A DNA stretch of 64,000 nucleotides, from contig CP170459.1 of NCBI GenBank assembly GCA_047947115.1, positions 3,936,001 through 4,000,000 of the forward strand, written 5' to 3'. The notes beneath the pieces were generated by a model. That model worked only from the letters and a program-made list of their open reading frames with translations, ran no database searches and had not been told where the DNA came from. The stretch comes from Verrucomicrobiota bacterium (lineage in GTDB: Bacteria; Verrucomicrobiota; Verrucomicrobiia; Limisphaerales; AAA164-E04). How positions within the stretch are numbered: the first letter of the stretch is position 1; every line of letters starts with the position of its first letter. Positions 28,423 through 37,141 of this stretch are shown piece after piece. The position numbers and the translations under genes were made by a program.

Positions 28423-29427
28423 TTATTTACCTTCAAAAATATTTCTTCCCAGCACCAGGTGTTCCATCTTTCGATCCGCGACCGATCTCGGCAGCATCCA
28501 AAAACCACAGTCCGGGTGTATCCACTTCACTCGATCCGCTCCGAGCACCTTGATGGCGGATTCCAAACGTTGCGCAACGAGGTCCGGAGTTTCCACCACG
28601 TTGTCTTTGATGTCCACCACACCGATGCCGAGTGCAATTTCAGGTTTCAGTCCCTTGAAAACCTCCAGTTCTTCATAGCCCCGACGTGCAAACTCCAGCA
28701 CCAAATGATCCACGTTCAGTTGATTGAAAAATTCTATCAAGCACTTCCAAAACCCTCTCTGGATGGACTGTCCCCCGTAATTGCCGAAGCAGAGATGCAG
28801 TGCTTTTTCACCTTGAATCGCGTTCAAGACCATGTTGACAGGTTCGTGGGCCCATTTGGCATCTTCCGGATGACCGGGGAGGTTGGCCTCATCTACCTGG
28901 ATCATTGGAGCATCCAGGGCGGCCACCTGGTTTGCCAGAACACGCGCAATGGCATTGGTCAAGGTTTCCAAATCTCCGTAATGCCGATCGATCAATGTCT
29001 TGGCCAGCATGTATGGAGAAGTCAGTGTGAACATGGTTGGATGGGGCGTCAGGCATTTGATGGACTGCCAGGCTTCGGGCAGATTCAGGCTGCCTTCATG
29101 GATGGACCCTGTCACCACTCCGGGAGGACGCGTCCGAAACTGCATGCCTTTTGCTTTTTGATACTGGAGCCATTCCTCGCGACTGATATGTGGACTGATT
29201 CCACCAAGTGGTCGGATGAAGTATTCAATCATTCCGTTGGTCTCAGGGTGATTTACGTCAAACCGTGAAAGTTCGCCATCGGAAATCATGTCAATCCCAG
29301 CCAATTCCTGAACTTTCAACACGGTTAACATGGCGTCCCGCAGATTGGGAGATGTTGGGTAAGCCTGCAGCCATGATGGAACAGGATAACTTCCGACCAC
29401 TTGGGTTTTGATCTGGTAATCACTCAT
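28423..29427 (-). CDS. Short (single-barrel) cobalamin-independent methionine synthase II family protein
   Basis: VVGSYP, SDGE, QVDEA, zinc ligands HLC...E...PDCG; about 334 aa, with no N-terminal folate-binding barrel. Confidence 0.85.
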   Translation of the reverse strand: MSDYQIKTQVVGSYPVPSWLQAYPTSPNLRDAMLTVLKVQELAGIDMISDGELSRFDVNHPETNGMIEYFIRPLGGISPHISREEWLQYQKAKGMQFRTRPPGVVTGSIHEGSLNLPEAWQSIKCLTPHPTMFTLTSPYMLAKTLIDRHYGDLETLTNAIARVLANQVAALDAPMIQVDEANLPGHPEDAKWAHEPVNMVLNAIQGEKALHLCFGNYGGQSIQRGFWKCLIEFFNQLNVDHLVLEFARRGYEELEVFKGLKPEIALGIGVVDIKDNVVETPDLVAQRLESAIKVLGADRVKWIHPDCGFWMLPRSVADRKMEHLVLGRNIFEGK

Positions 29428-29544
29428 AAAACTTTGGACAAGCGGTATCCTGCGGCGACTCTTGTCAAAATCCAAGATTGTTTATGAAATGAGTTGACAA
29501 TACTCCGCGTTATATCAATATATCCTGATCCGTTGATTCAACGG

Positions 29545-29667
29545 TCTCATGAAGAGTGGTTGAGGGAACTGGCCCTTCGACACCACGGCAACCGATTGAA
29601 AGCGACATGCTCCAATGACCAGGTGCCAAATCCAGCTTGAACCGGAGTCGGTTCGGGAAAGATGAGA
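29545..29667 (+). ncRNA. SAM-I (S-box) riboswitch
   Basis: P1 TCTCAT/ATGAGA; AAGAG..GAGGGAACTGGCCC..GGCAACC...GGTGCCAAATCC...AAAGAT match the SAM-I consensus; upstream of a sulfur-carrier operon. Confidence 0.92.
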
Positions 29668-29673
29668 TGAATC

Positions 29674-29746
29674 GTGTTCTGCCCCGGAGTTCTCAAAGCA
29701 TTCTGGATGAAACCGGGGAACACAAATCTCTTCTTATTTCCCTTTT
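29674..29746 (+). terminator. Riboswitch expression-platform hairpin and pyrimidine tract
   Basis: gtgttc..ccccgg ... ccgggg-aacac stem, then a C/T-rich run that can alternatively pair with gggaaagatgaga (3' strand of P1). Confidence 0.55.
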
Positions 29747-29779
29747 CCGACTTCACAGACCCTTTTTAGAATATTTGTT

Positions 29780-31036
29780 ATGACAACAGAGAACGGTTAC
29801 ATGAAGGCGCTTAAATGTCGCGAGTGCGGCAGAGAGTATCCACTCACGGCAAACCACGTTTGCGAGTATGATTTCGGCCCGCTTGAGGTGGCGTATGATT
29901 ATGATCTTATCAGGAAATCATTCAATCGCAAAACCATCGAGTCCCGGGCTCAGAGCATGTGGCGCTACCGTGAGTTGTTGCCTGTTGCCACCGAACCCAC
30001 CGTTGGTCTTCAAGTGGGGCATACGCCTCTGATCAAGGCGGACCGGCTGGCCAAGCGACTGGGAATCCGTGAGCTATGGATCAAGAACGATACCGTCAAC
30101 TACCCGACGCTCTCCTTCAAAGATCGAGTGGTCAGCGTCGCCTTGAGCCGTTCAAAGGAACTTGGATACAAGACGGTCGCATGCGCCTCGACCGGCAACC
30201 TGGCAAATTCTGTGGCTGCCAATGCAGCATCGGCGGGACTGCGGGCTTTTGTGTTTATTCCGGCCGACCTGGAGCAGGGGAAAATTGTCAATTCCCTGGT
30301 GTATGGACCGGAAGTGATCGGTATCAAGGGGCACTACGATGAGGTGAACCGTCTGTGTGCCGAAATCGCCGGAAAATATGGTTGGGCCTTCGTTAACGTC
30401 AACATGCGTCCCTATTATGCCGAGGGGAGCAAGAGCATGGGCTTTGAAATAGCTGAACAGATGGGTTGGAAACTGCCGCAACACACCGTCGTCCCAATGG
30501 CATCCGGCTCACTGCTTACCAAGATCCACAAAAGTTATCAGGAATTCGCAAAGCTCGGCATCGTGGAAAGTTCGGGCTATAAAATCCACGGAGCACAGGC
30601 GAGCGGGTGTTCCCCAATCACTGTCGCGCATAAAGCAGGACTTGATTTTTTCAAACCGGTCAAGCCTGACACCATCGCAAAATCACTGGCAATCGGAACA
30701 CCGGCCGACGGTTTTTATGCACTGAAAGTCATGAAGGAAACCCAAGGGCATGGGGATGATGTCACCGATGACGAAATTCGTGAAGGCATTCGTCTGCTGG
30801 CGGAATATGAAGGCATCTTTGCTGAAACTGCCGGTGGTGTCACCGTTGGCGTGGCTAAAAAACTCATTGCCAATGGACGCATTCCGAAAGATGATTCCGC
30901 CGTTCTTTGCATTACCGGCAACGGATTGAAGACGCTGGATGCCGTGGTTGGACATGTCGGTAATACCAAGGAAATTCGCCCCAGTTTGAGGGAATTTGAA
31001 GCTCTGCTGAGCGCCGAAGAAAAGGCATCCGCATAA
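29780..31036 (+). CDS. thrC: Threonine synthase family PLP enzyme with N-terminal zinc ribbon (possibly a sulfur-carrier-dependent homocysteine synthase)
   Basis: CRECG..C ribbon, PTLSFKDR PLP lysine, ASTGNLA, TIAKSLAIG, ITGNGLK; symbol reflects family only. Confidence 0.85.
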   Translation: MTTENGYMKALKCRECGREYPLTANHVCEYDFGPLEVAYDYDLIRKSFNRKTIESRAQSMWRYRELLPVATEPTVGLQVGHTPLIKADRLAKRLGIRELWIKNDTVNYPTLSFKDRVVSVALSRSKELGYKTVACASTGNLANSVAANAASAGLRAFVFIPADLEQGKIVNSLVYGPEVIGIKGHYDEVNRLCAEIAGKYGWAFVNVNMRPYYAEGSKSMGFEIAEQMGWKLPQHTVVPMASGSLLTKIHKSYQEFAKLGIVESSGYKIHGAQASGCSPITVAHKAGLDFFKPVKPDTIAKSLAIGTPADGFYALKVMKETQGHGDDVTDDEIREGIRLLAEYEGIFAETAGGVTVGVAKKLIANGRIPKDDSAVLCITGNGLKTLDAVVGHVGNTKEIRPSLREFEALLSAEEKASA

Positions 31037-31064
31037 GATTTGAATCAACAGTAAAAAATAAATT

Positions 31065-31340
31065 ATGGCAATTACAGTAAGAATCCCGACACCTCTGCGT
31101 AAGCTAACCAACAACGAGGAATTGGTGGAAATAAACGCCTCCAATGTTGGAGAAGCGATCAATGAGTTGCAGTCCCGTTATCCTGGTATCCAGGAACGGC
31201 TCGTTGATGAATCCGGAGAAATTCGCCGGTTTGTCAATGTCTATGTGAATGAAGAAGATATTCGTTTCCTTCAAAACAAGGAAACAGCGCTGAAGGACAA
31301 TGACGAGATCAGCATCATTCCGGCCATTGCTGGAGGATAG
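31065..31340 (+). CDS. MoaD/ThiS/CysO family ubiquitin-like sulfur carrier
   Basis: VRIPTPLR, FVNVYVNEEDIR, C-terminal PAIAGG di-glycine. Confidence 0.93.
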   Translation: MAITVRIPTPLRKLTNNEELVEINASNVGEAINELQSRYPGIQERLVDESGEIRRFVNVYVNEEDIRFLQNKETALKDNDEISIIPAIAGG

Positions 31341-31367
31341 AAAGCAAACTGGTAAGCTTCGATAGTT

Positions 31368-31715
31368 ATGGCCACTCCAAAAAAAGCGAAAAAGGTTGTT
31401 GCAGCCAAAAAAACTGCCAAGCCTCGCAAGAAATCTTCCAGAAAAATGACATCATCCCCTAAGCCGGGTGGCACGCAGCAAACCCGCTTGTGGCTGATGT
31501 ATCCGCCGAAACTGATCACGCGCCCCATTATTCATGAAATAGGGGCTAAGTATAAAGTCATCCCCAACGTCAGGCAGGCTAGTGTTACCGAAGAAATTGG
31601 TATTGTGTGCCTTGAGTTGGCGGGAGAACGTCAGCAAATCAAGTCGGCAATTAAGTGGATGGAACGATTAGGAATTAGTGTAGAACCTGTGGAAATCAAC
31701 GTCATAGAGAGCTGA
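31368..31715 (+). CDS. Stand-alone NIL-domain protein with Lys-rich N-terminal tail
   Basis: L.YP..LI.RPII.E....Y.V.PNVRQA.V....G...LEL.G pattern of NIL (ACT-like) domains. Confidence 0.8.
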   Translation: MATPKKAKKVVAAKKTAKPRKKSSRKMTSSPKPGGTQQTRLWLMYPPKLITRPIIHEIGAKYKVIPNVRQASVTEEIGIVCLELAGERQQIKSAIKWMERLGISVEPVEINVIES

Positions 31716-31756
31716 AACTGTGGTAATTAAGATCAAAAAAACCCATGTTTCTCGCC

Positions 31757-31785
31757 TTGACCATGCAACTTCTTGGCCTTAATGT
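31757..31785 (+). promoter_or_regulatory. Sigma70-like promoter of the HU/IHF gene
   Basis: TTGACC-N17-TAATGT. Confidence 0.5.
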
Positions 31786-31839
31786 AAATCCGTAGTTTTA
31801 AACTACAGACAACAAAACCAAGCAACCAAGAAGAAACAT

Positions 31840-32133
31840 ATGACAAAACGTGACTTAGTTGTCCGGATAAGCAACGAAACCGGACTGATTCAGCAGGACG
31901 TCCTCGCTGTAGTGCAGCGTACTCTGGATTATATCTCCGAGGCCGTCGCTCGAGGCGAAACAGTGGAATTGCGTAACTTCGGCGTATTTGAAGTCAAAGT
32001 ACGCAAGGCACGAGTAGGCCGCAACCCCAACAAACCTGAAAAAGACGTTCGGATTCCCCCGCGCGCCGTCGTGAAATTCAAGCCCGGCAAAGAAATGAAG
32101 GAAGCTGTTATCAAGCTGACTCCGGAAGGTTAA
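31840..32133 (+). CDS. HU/IHF family DNA-binding protein
   Basis: MTKRDLV, VELRNFGVF, GRNP, VKFKPGK. Confidence 0.95.
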   Translation: MTKRDLVVRISNETGLIQQDVLAVVQRTLDYISEAVARGETVELRNFGVFEVKVRKARVGRNPNKPEKDVRIPPRAVVKFKPGKEMKEAVIKLTPEG

Positions 32134-32261
32134 TACCCAAAACAATCGATCAGTGGATCGGTTGCCCCAAAATCCGTAAAAGAATCATCTTCCGCTTGCC
32201 TGCCAAAGCCGATAAAAAGGCGTGGCATCGCAAGCGGAAATTTTTTGTGCAAATGAAACAA

Positions 32262-33503
32262 ATGGACCGATTACCTGGATTTCGAGATTTTTTCCCCGAC
32301 CCCGTTCCTCATCCCGATCTGGGAAGAATGGAAGAGCGCAATCATATTTTCAACACCTGGCGCCAGGTCACGCGTCGTTATGGCTTCAAGGAGTATGATG
32401 GCCCGCCGCTGGAAACATTGGACCTTTACAAGGCCAAAAGCGGCGATGAAATAGTCCACCAACTGTATCACTTCACCGACAAAGGAAACCGAGAGGTTGC
32501 GATGCGACCGGAGATGACTCCGACCCTCGCACGCATGATTGCCGCTCACCAGCGCGGTTACAAGAAGCCCATGAAGTGGTTTTCCATCCCGCAGTTGTTC
32601 CGGTATGAGAGACAACAGAAAGGGCGTTTACGTGAACATTTTCAATTGAACGCCGATATCATCGGAGAATCTGATCCCTCGGCTGATGCGGAATTGATTG
32701 CCTTGTTGATAGACGTTCTGCGCGCCCTTGGGATGACGCATGAAGACTTTGTCATTCGATTGAGCAGTCGCGATGCCTGGCAGGCTTTTTTCAAGGAGAG
32801 GTGCCATGATGAAGCCAAGGCATACGAATTTTATCAGGCTGTCGACAAGCTGGAGCGGGAAACACCTGAAGCGAGCACTGAAAAATTATCCAAGATCGGC
32901 ATTTCTTATGAGGAGGTGATGCAATTTATCCAGGCAGCTGAACCGACAGGGGATCTGCAAGCCATATTGGATCAAATGAAAGCACGTGGACTCGATGAAT
33001 ACATCAAAATTGACTACGGTGTGATTCGTGGATTGGCCTACTACACTGGTGTGGTGTTTGAAGCATTTGATCGGAAAGGGGAATTCCGCGCTATTGCCGG
33101 CGGTGGGCGATATGATCACCTGATTAAATTGATTTCGGGAGGAAAGGTGGATCAGCCTTCACTTGGGTTTGGTATGGGAGATGTGGTGCTCGCTGATATG
33201 TTGCGCGACAAGGGATTGTTCCCCAAAGCGACACCTGCTGTGGATCTTTATTTCCAGATCAGTGATGAGAGTCTTCGAGAGGAATCCATCACCCTCATCC
33301 AGAAACTGAGAGACATGGGAATTGCGGTTGAATGGCCGCTTGTGCAGGCCGGAGGCAATAAACAATTCAAAGCAGCACTGGAACTGGGGGCTGGTCATGT
33401 GGCGCTTCTGACAGAAGCGGGAACAGTGGAACTCAAAAATCTGGCAACAAGAGAAAACGAACAGCTCCCTGCTGATGCATTCTTAGAGCGATTTCGAGCA
33501 TGA
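32262..33503 (+). CDS. hisS: Histidine--tRNA ligase
   Basis: LPGFRDF, MRPEMTP, FRYERQQKGRLREHFQ, RGLAYYTG, GGGRYD. Confidence 0.96.
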   Translation: MDRLPGFRDFFPDPVPHPDLGRMEERNHIFNTWRQVTRRYGFKEYDGPPLETLDLYKAKSGDEIVHQLYHFTDKGNREVAMRPEMTPTLARMIAAHQRGYKKPMKWFSIPQLFRYERQQKGRLREHFQLNADIIGESDPSADAELIALLIDVLRALGMTHEDFVIRLSSRDAWQAFFKERCHDEAKAYEFYQAVDKLERETPEASTEKLSKIGISYEEVMQFIQAAEPTGDLQAILDQMKARGLDEYIKIDYGVIRGLAYYTGVVFEAFDRKGEFRAIAGGGRYDHLIKLISGGKVDQPSLGFGMGDVVLADMLRDKGLFPKATPAVDLYFQISDESLREESITLIQKLRDMGIAVEWPLVQAGGNKQFKAALELGAGHVALLTEAGTVELKNLATRENEQLPADAFLERFRA

Positions 33504-33722
33504 AAACAGGCCATTTTGCGCCAGAACCACTGAGGATTTCCTGTGAATGGATTTTTGGATAAGTATCTCTTGACGGTGCGCCACCAGTGATTAATCTCCC
33601 AGAAATCCTAAACATGTAATGTTACATGATCGCAACACTACGGTAGTGCGAGCGGGCTTGGGTTGTGTGTATTCAGGACAGATTTAAAATAGTTAACAGT
33701 TTAATTTTCAGGAGATCATTAT

Positions 33723-33935
33723 ATGGCGAGCGGACGAGTAAAGTGGTTTGACAACAAAAAAGGATTCGGATTTATCGTGCAGGATGAATCAGGAGAGGAC
33801 GTATTCGTGCACCATACAGCAATCAGTGGTGATGGATTCAAAACACTGAACGAAGGTGAAGTCGTCAACTTCGAACTCATTCAAGGCGACAAAGGTCTCA
33901 AGGCTCAAAATGTCCAACGTGGACTGATGATGTAA
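33723..33935 (+). CDS. Cold-shock protein
   Basis: [13 protein letters not shown] (RNP1), DVFVHH (RNP2); AGGAG SD upstream. Confidence 0.96.
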   Translation: MASGRVKWFDNKKGFGFIVQDESGEDVFVHHTAISGDGFKTLNEGEVVNFELIQGDKGLKAQNVQRGLMM

Positions 33936-33967
33936 ATCATTCCCAGAGAGCCCTATTTCTAGCCGCA

Positions 33968-35179
33968 TTGAGGGCCTCCGACGAAAAACTAATTCAGGTA
34001 ACCGAACAGGATCTTTCCTCTCCTGTTCGGTCGCTTTACGTACACGTTCCTTTTTGCTCACATAAATGCGAATATTGCGCCTTCTATTCGGAACTCCTCC
34101 AACCGGATCGGATCAAACGTTACGTGGACGCACTCTGTGTTGAGCTTCGTCAGATTCACCAGCGCCTTCAGCCGCGGACTATTTTCTTTGGAGGAGGGAC
34201 ACCTTCCATTCTAACCCTTGCCCAGTGGGAACAGATCTGTTCCACCATCCATTCCTTTGGTTGGAATGAGATCAAGGAATGGACCGTTGAATGCAATCCA
34301 GCGACCGTTTCTTTTGAAAAAGCGAAGTTGCTGCGCGACGCCGGGGTGAACCGTATTTCCATGGGAGTGCAATCACTGGATTCAAACCTGCTGGATCGAC
34401 TGGGGCGTATTCATTCCAGAGATCAAGTGTTTCGTTCCTATGAAATTCTCCGCAAGGCCGGTTTTGGCAACATCAATTTGGATTTGATGTTTGCCATCCC
34501 TTCACAGTCGATTGGCATGTGGAAAGCGACCCTGGACGAAATCTTTGCAATGGAATCCGATCATGTTTCCTGTTACGAAGTCATTTATGAAGAAGATACC
34601 GCCCTGTTCCATCAACTTCAGGCAGGGGAATTTGATGTGGACGAAGATCTGGCGGATGAAATGTACCAACTACTGGTAAAGAGAGCCGACGATGCCGGAT
34701 TTGAGCAATACGAAATTGCCAATTTTGCGAAGCGACAAAAAGAAGATATCCATGCCGCATACCCCAACAGGGCAGCGCTTCACAATATCAACTATTGGGA
34801 AGGCGGGGATTACTATGGAGCGGGGCCGGCAGCGACGGAATTTATCGGTAACACCCGCAGGAAACACTGGTCGAATACTCAATTATATTCTGATCAGGTT
34901 GAGAAAGGGCTTCGGGGAATGGAAAGCGAAGAGCGTTTGAGTCATGAAGCCAAATGGGGTGAAGCGGCCGCCTTCGCCTTGAGGATGAACACGGGAATAG
35001 TTTTCTCCAGATTTCATGAGCAATTTGGATTCAATCCTCTTGAAAAATGGCGCACGGAAATGGAAACGATTCAGCAGCAAGGTTGGGGGGTGCTGAGTGA
35101 CAACTCTTTTCGGCTGACAGACAAAGGGCTACGGTTTGCGGATAATGCCGGATCGGAATTTGTTTATATCAACGGGTGA
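33968..35179 (+). CDS. hemW: Radical SAM heme chaperone (HemW/HemN-like)
   Basis: LYVHVPFCSHKCEYCAF (CxxxCxxC), GGGTPS, NRISMGVQS, YEIANF, HNINYW. Confidence 0.88.
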   Translation: MRASDEKLIQVTEQDLSSPVRSLYVHVPFCSHKCEYCAFYSELLQPDRIKRYVDALCVELRQIHQRLQPRTIFFGGGTPSILTLAQWEQICSTIHSFGWNEIKEWTVECNPATVSFEKAKLLRDAGVNRISMGVQSLDSNLLDRLGRIHSRDQVFRSYEILRKAGFGNINLDLMFAIPSQSIGMWKATLDEIFAMESDHVSCYEVIYEEDTALFHQLQAGEFDVDEDLADEMYQLLVKRADDAGFEQYEIANFAKRQKEDIHAAYPNRAALHNINYWEGGDYYGAGPAATEFIGNTRRKHWSNTQLYSDQVEKGLRGMESEERLSHEAKWGEAAAFALRMNTGIVFSRFHEQFGFNPLEKWRTEMETIQQQGWGVLSDNSFRLTDKGLRFADNAGSEFVYING

Positions 35180-35407
35180 TGCTGGCATGACACTTGTTAG
35201 GAGATGAGATCATTTTACATTGATCGGTCTCGAATTGAGACATTGCGTCATGGAGATCTCTTGAGCGTGACTCATGTGTGTCATTTTGACGCTTTCAGAT
35301 CTCGGCGCCAAAGCAGAGCAGATGGCGATCATGACAAAAATGTAACTTGAAATTGAATCCTGTATTCGTGAGAGAATCAGTAACAATTCTCATTTGAAGA
35401 AAAAGGC

Positions 35408-36373
35408 ATGATTAAAGTAAGTAATCTTGTAAAGACCTTTGGTCCAAAAGTCGCGGTGAATCGCATCTCGTTCGAAGTCGAGCGGGGCGAGGTCCTCGGA
35501 TTTCTGGGGCCCAATGGCGCGGGTAAATCGACTACCATGCGCATGATCACCGGTTTCATCCCCCTTACTGAAGGGAATATCACCGTTGGGGGACACAGCA
35601 TCGTCGACAATCCTATTCCAGCTAAGCGCTTGATCGGCTATTTGCCGGAAAACGCGCCTGCTTATCCGGACATGACTGTCCGGGGTTTTCTGAGCTTCGC
35701 AGCGGAGATTCGAGGTTTGCGTGGCGCGGAGAAAAACAAGGCCATTGATCGAGTGGTTGAGCTATGTTTCCTGGAATCGGTGGTGCATCAAAGTGTGGAT
35801 ACCTTGTCAAAGGGATATCGCCACCGCACCTGCTTTGCCCAATCCATCATCCATGATCCCGACATCCTGATCCTGGACGAACCGACCGACGGGCTGGATC
35901 CCAATCAAAAGCATGAAGTGCGCGGCATCATCAAGCGTATGGGTGAGAAGAAGGCCATCATCTTTTCCACACACATTCTGGAGGAAGTGGAAGCAGTCTG
36001 TTCGCGCGCGATCATCATTGACCGAGGCAAAATTGTCGCCAACGGCACACCGGCCGAACTGAAAGGACGATCCAAATCAGCTGGCAGGGTGCGATTGAAA
36101 CTTGGGGGACTTTCCGGTTCGGTCGCCAGGGAAAAATTAACCCAGTTGTCTTCCGTTGAACATGTCACGTTGCTCAACGACGACGCAACAGCCGCTACAC
36201 TCGATGTGTCATCCAAATCGCCAAATGGTTCGCTGAATGCACAGATCGCGGATCTCGCACACCAGGAACAATGGCGGATCATCGAACTTTATACTCAGGA
36301 AGGGAAACTGGATGAAGTGTTCCGCACCATCACACTGCCTGACACCAAGATTAAAGAAGGGAGCGCAGCATGA
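35408..36373 (+). CDS. ABC transporter ATP-binding protein (GldA-like)
   Basis: GPNGAGKST, LSKGY, ILDEPTDGLDP, STHIL. Confidence 0.93.
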   Translation: MIKVSNLVKTFGPKVAVNRISFEVERGEVLGFLGPNGAGKSTTMRMITGFIPLTEGNITVGGHSIVDNPIPAKRLIGYLPENAPAYPDMTVRGFLSFAAEIRGLRGAEKNKAIDRVVELCFLESVVHQSVDTLSKGYRHRTCFAQSIIHDPDILILDEPTDGLDPNQKHEVRGIIKRMGEKKAIIFSTHILEEVEAVCSRAIIIDRGKIVANGTPAELKGRSKSAGRVRLKLGGLSGSVAREKLTQLSSVEHVTLLNDDATAATLDVSSKSPNGSLNAQIADLAHQEQWRIIELYTQEGKLDEVFRTITLPDTKIKEGSAA

Positions 36374-37122
36374 ACAATACATGGTCAAATATACAAACCG
36401 TCTGTAAACGAGAATTAACCGGATACTTCGCCTCGCCGGTTGCTTACGTTTTCATCGTGATCTTTTTGGTGCTGATAGGCTTCTTTACTTTCAGCGCCCA
36501 ATTGGGGCAATTGTTCGAACGGCAAGAAGCCTCCTTGGCCGCATTCTTCACCTGGCATCCCTGGATCTATTTGTTCCTGGTGCCGGCCGTGGGAATGCGT
36601 CTCTGGTCGGAAGAACGCCGTCAGGGAACTCTGGAACTTTTATTCACCATGCCGGTGACTCCCTGGCAGGCCATCCTGGGAAAATTCCTGGCCTCCTGGG
36701 CATTTTTGATTCTGGCCTTGTTACTGACCTTTCCGATTATTTTTACGGTCAGCTACCTGGGTTCCCCGGATATCGGCCCCATCATCTGTGGATACGTCGG
36801 CAGCATTTTCCTGGCAGGAGGGTATCTTGCCGTCAGCAGCATGACTTCAGCGATCACTCGCAATCAGGTCATCAGCTTCATCCTGTCAGTGGTCATCTGC
36901 TTATTCCTGATTCTGGCAGGTTATCCACCGGTCACGGACATGCTGATTCAGTGGGCACCTTCATGGCTGGTGGATACGATTTCCGCATTCAGTGTCATGA
37001 CTCACTTCTTCAGTTTTCAACGAGGCGTGCTCGATTCCCGGGATGTGATCTTTTTCCTGTCCCTGATCGGGTTTTGTCTTTTCACCACCAGTGTAATCCT
37101 GCGCAGTTTGCGCACCAATTAA
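36370..37122 (+). CDS. ABC transporter permease (GldF-like)
   Basis: YFASPVAY, MRLWSEERRQGTLELL, about 6 TM helices. Confidence 0.9.
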   Translation: MNNTWSNIQTVCKRELTGYFASPVAYVFIVIFLVLIGFFTFSAQLGQLFERQEASLAAFFTWHPWIYLFLVPAVGMRLWSEERRQGTLELLFTMPVTPWQAILGKFLASWAFLILALLLTFPIIFTVSYLGSPDIGPIICGYVGSIFLAGGYLAVSSMTSAITRNQVISFILSVVICLFLILAGYPPVTDMLIQWAPSWLVDTISAFSVMTHFFSFQRGVLDSRDVIFFLSLIGFCLFTTSVILRSLRTN

Positions 37123-37141
37123 TGGAAAGGAACCATCGATT

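Noticed and set aside
28219..29268. 349-aa plus-strand ORF and other long antisense ORFs (e.g. 38231-39082, 13737-14498, 19378-20088)
   Set aside because: Shadow frames of well-supported genes with no recognisable motifs
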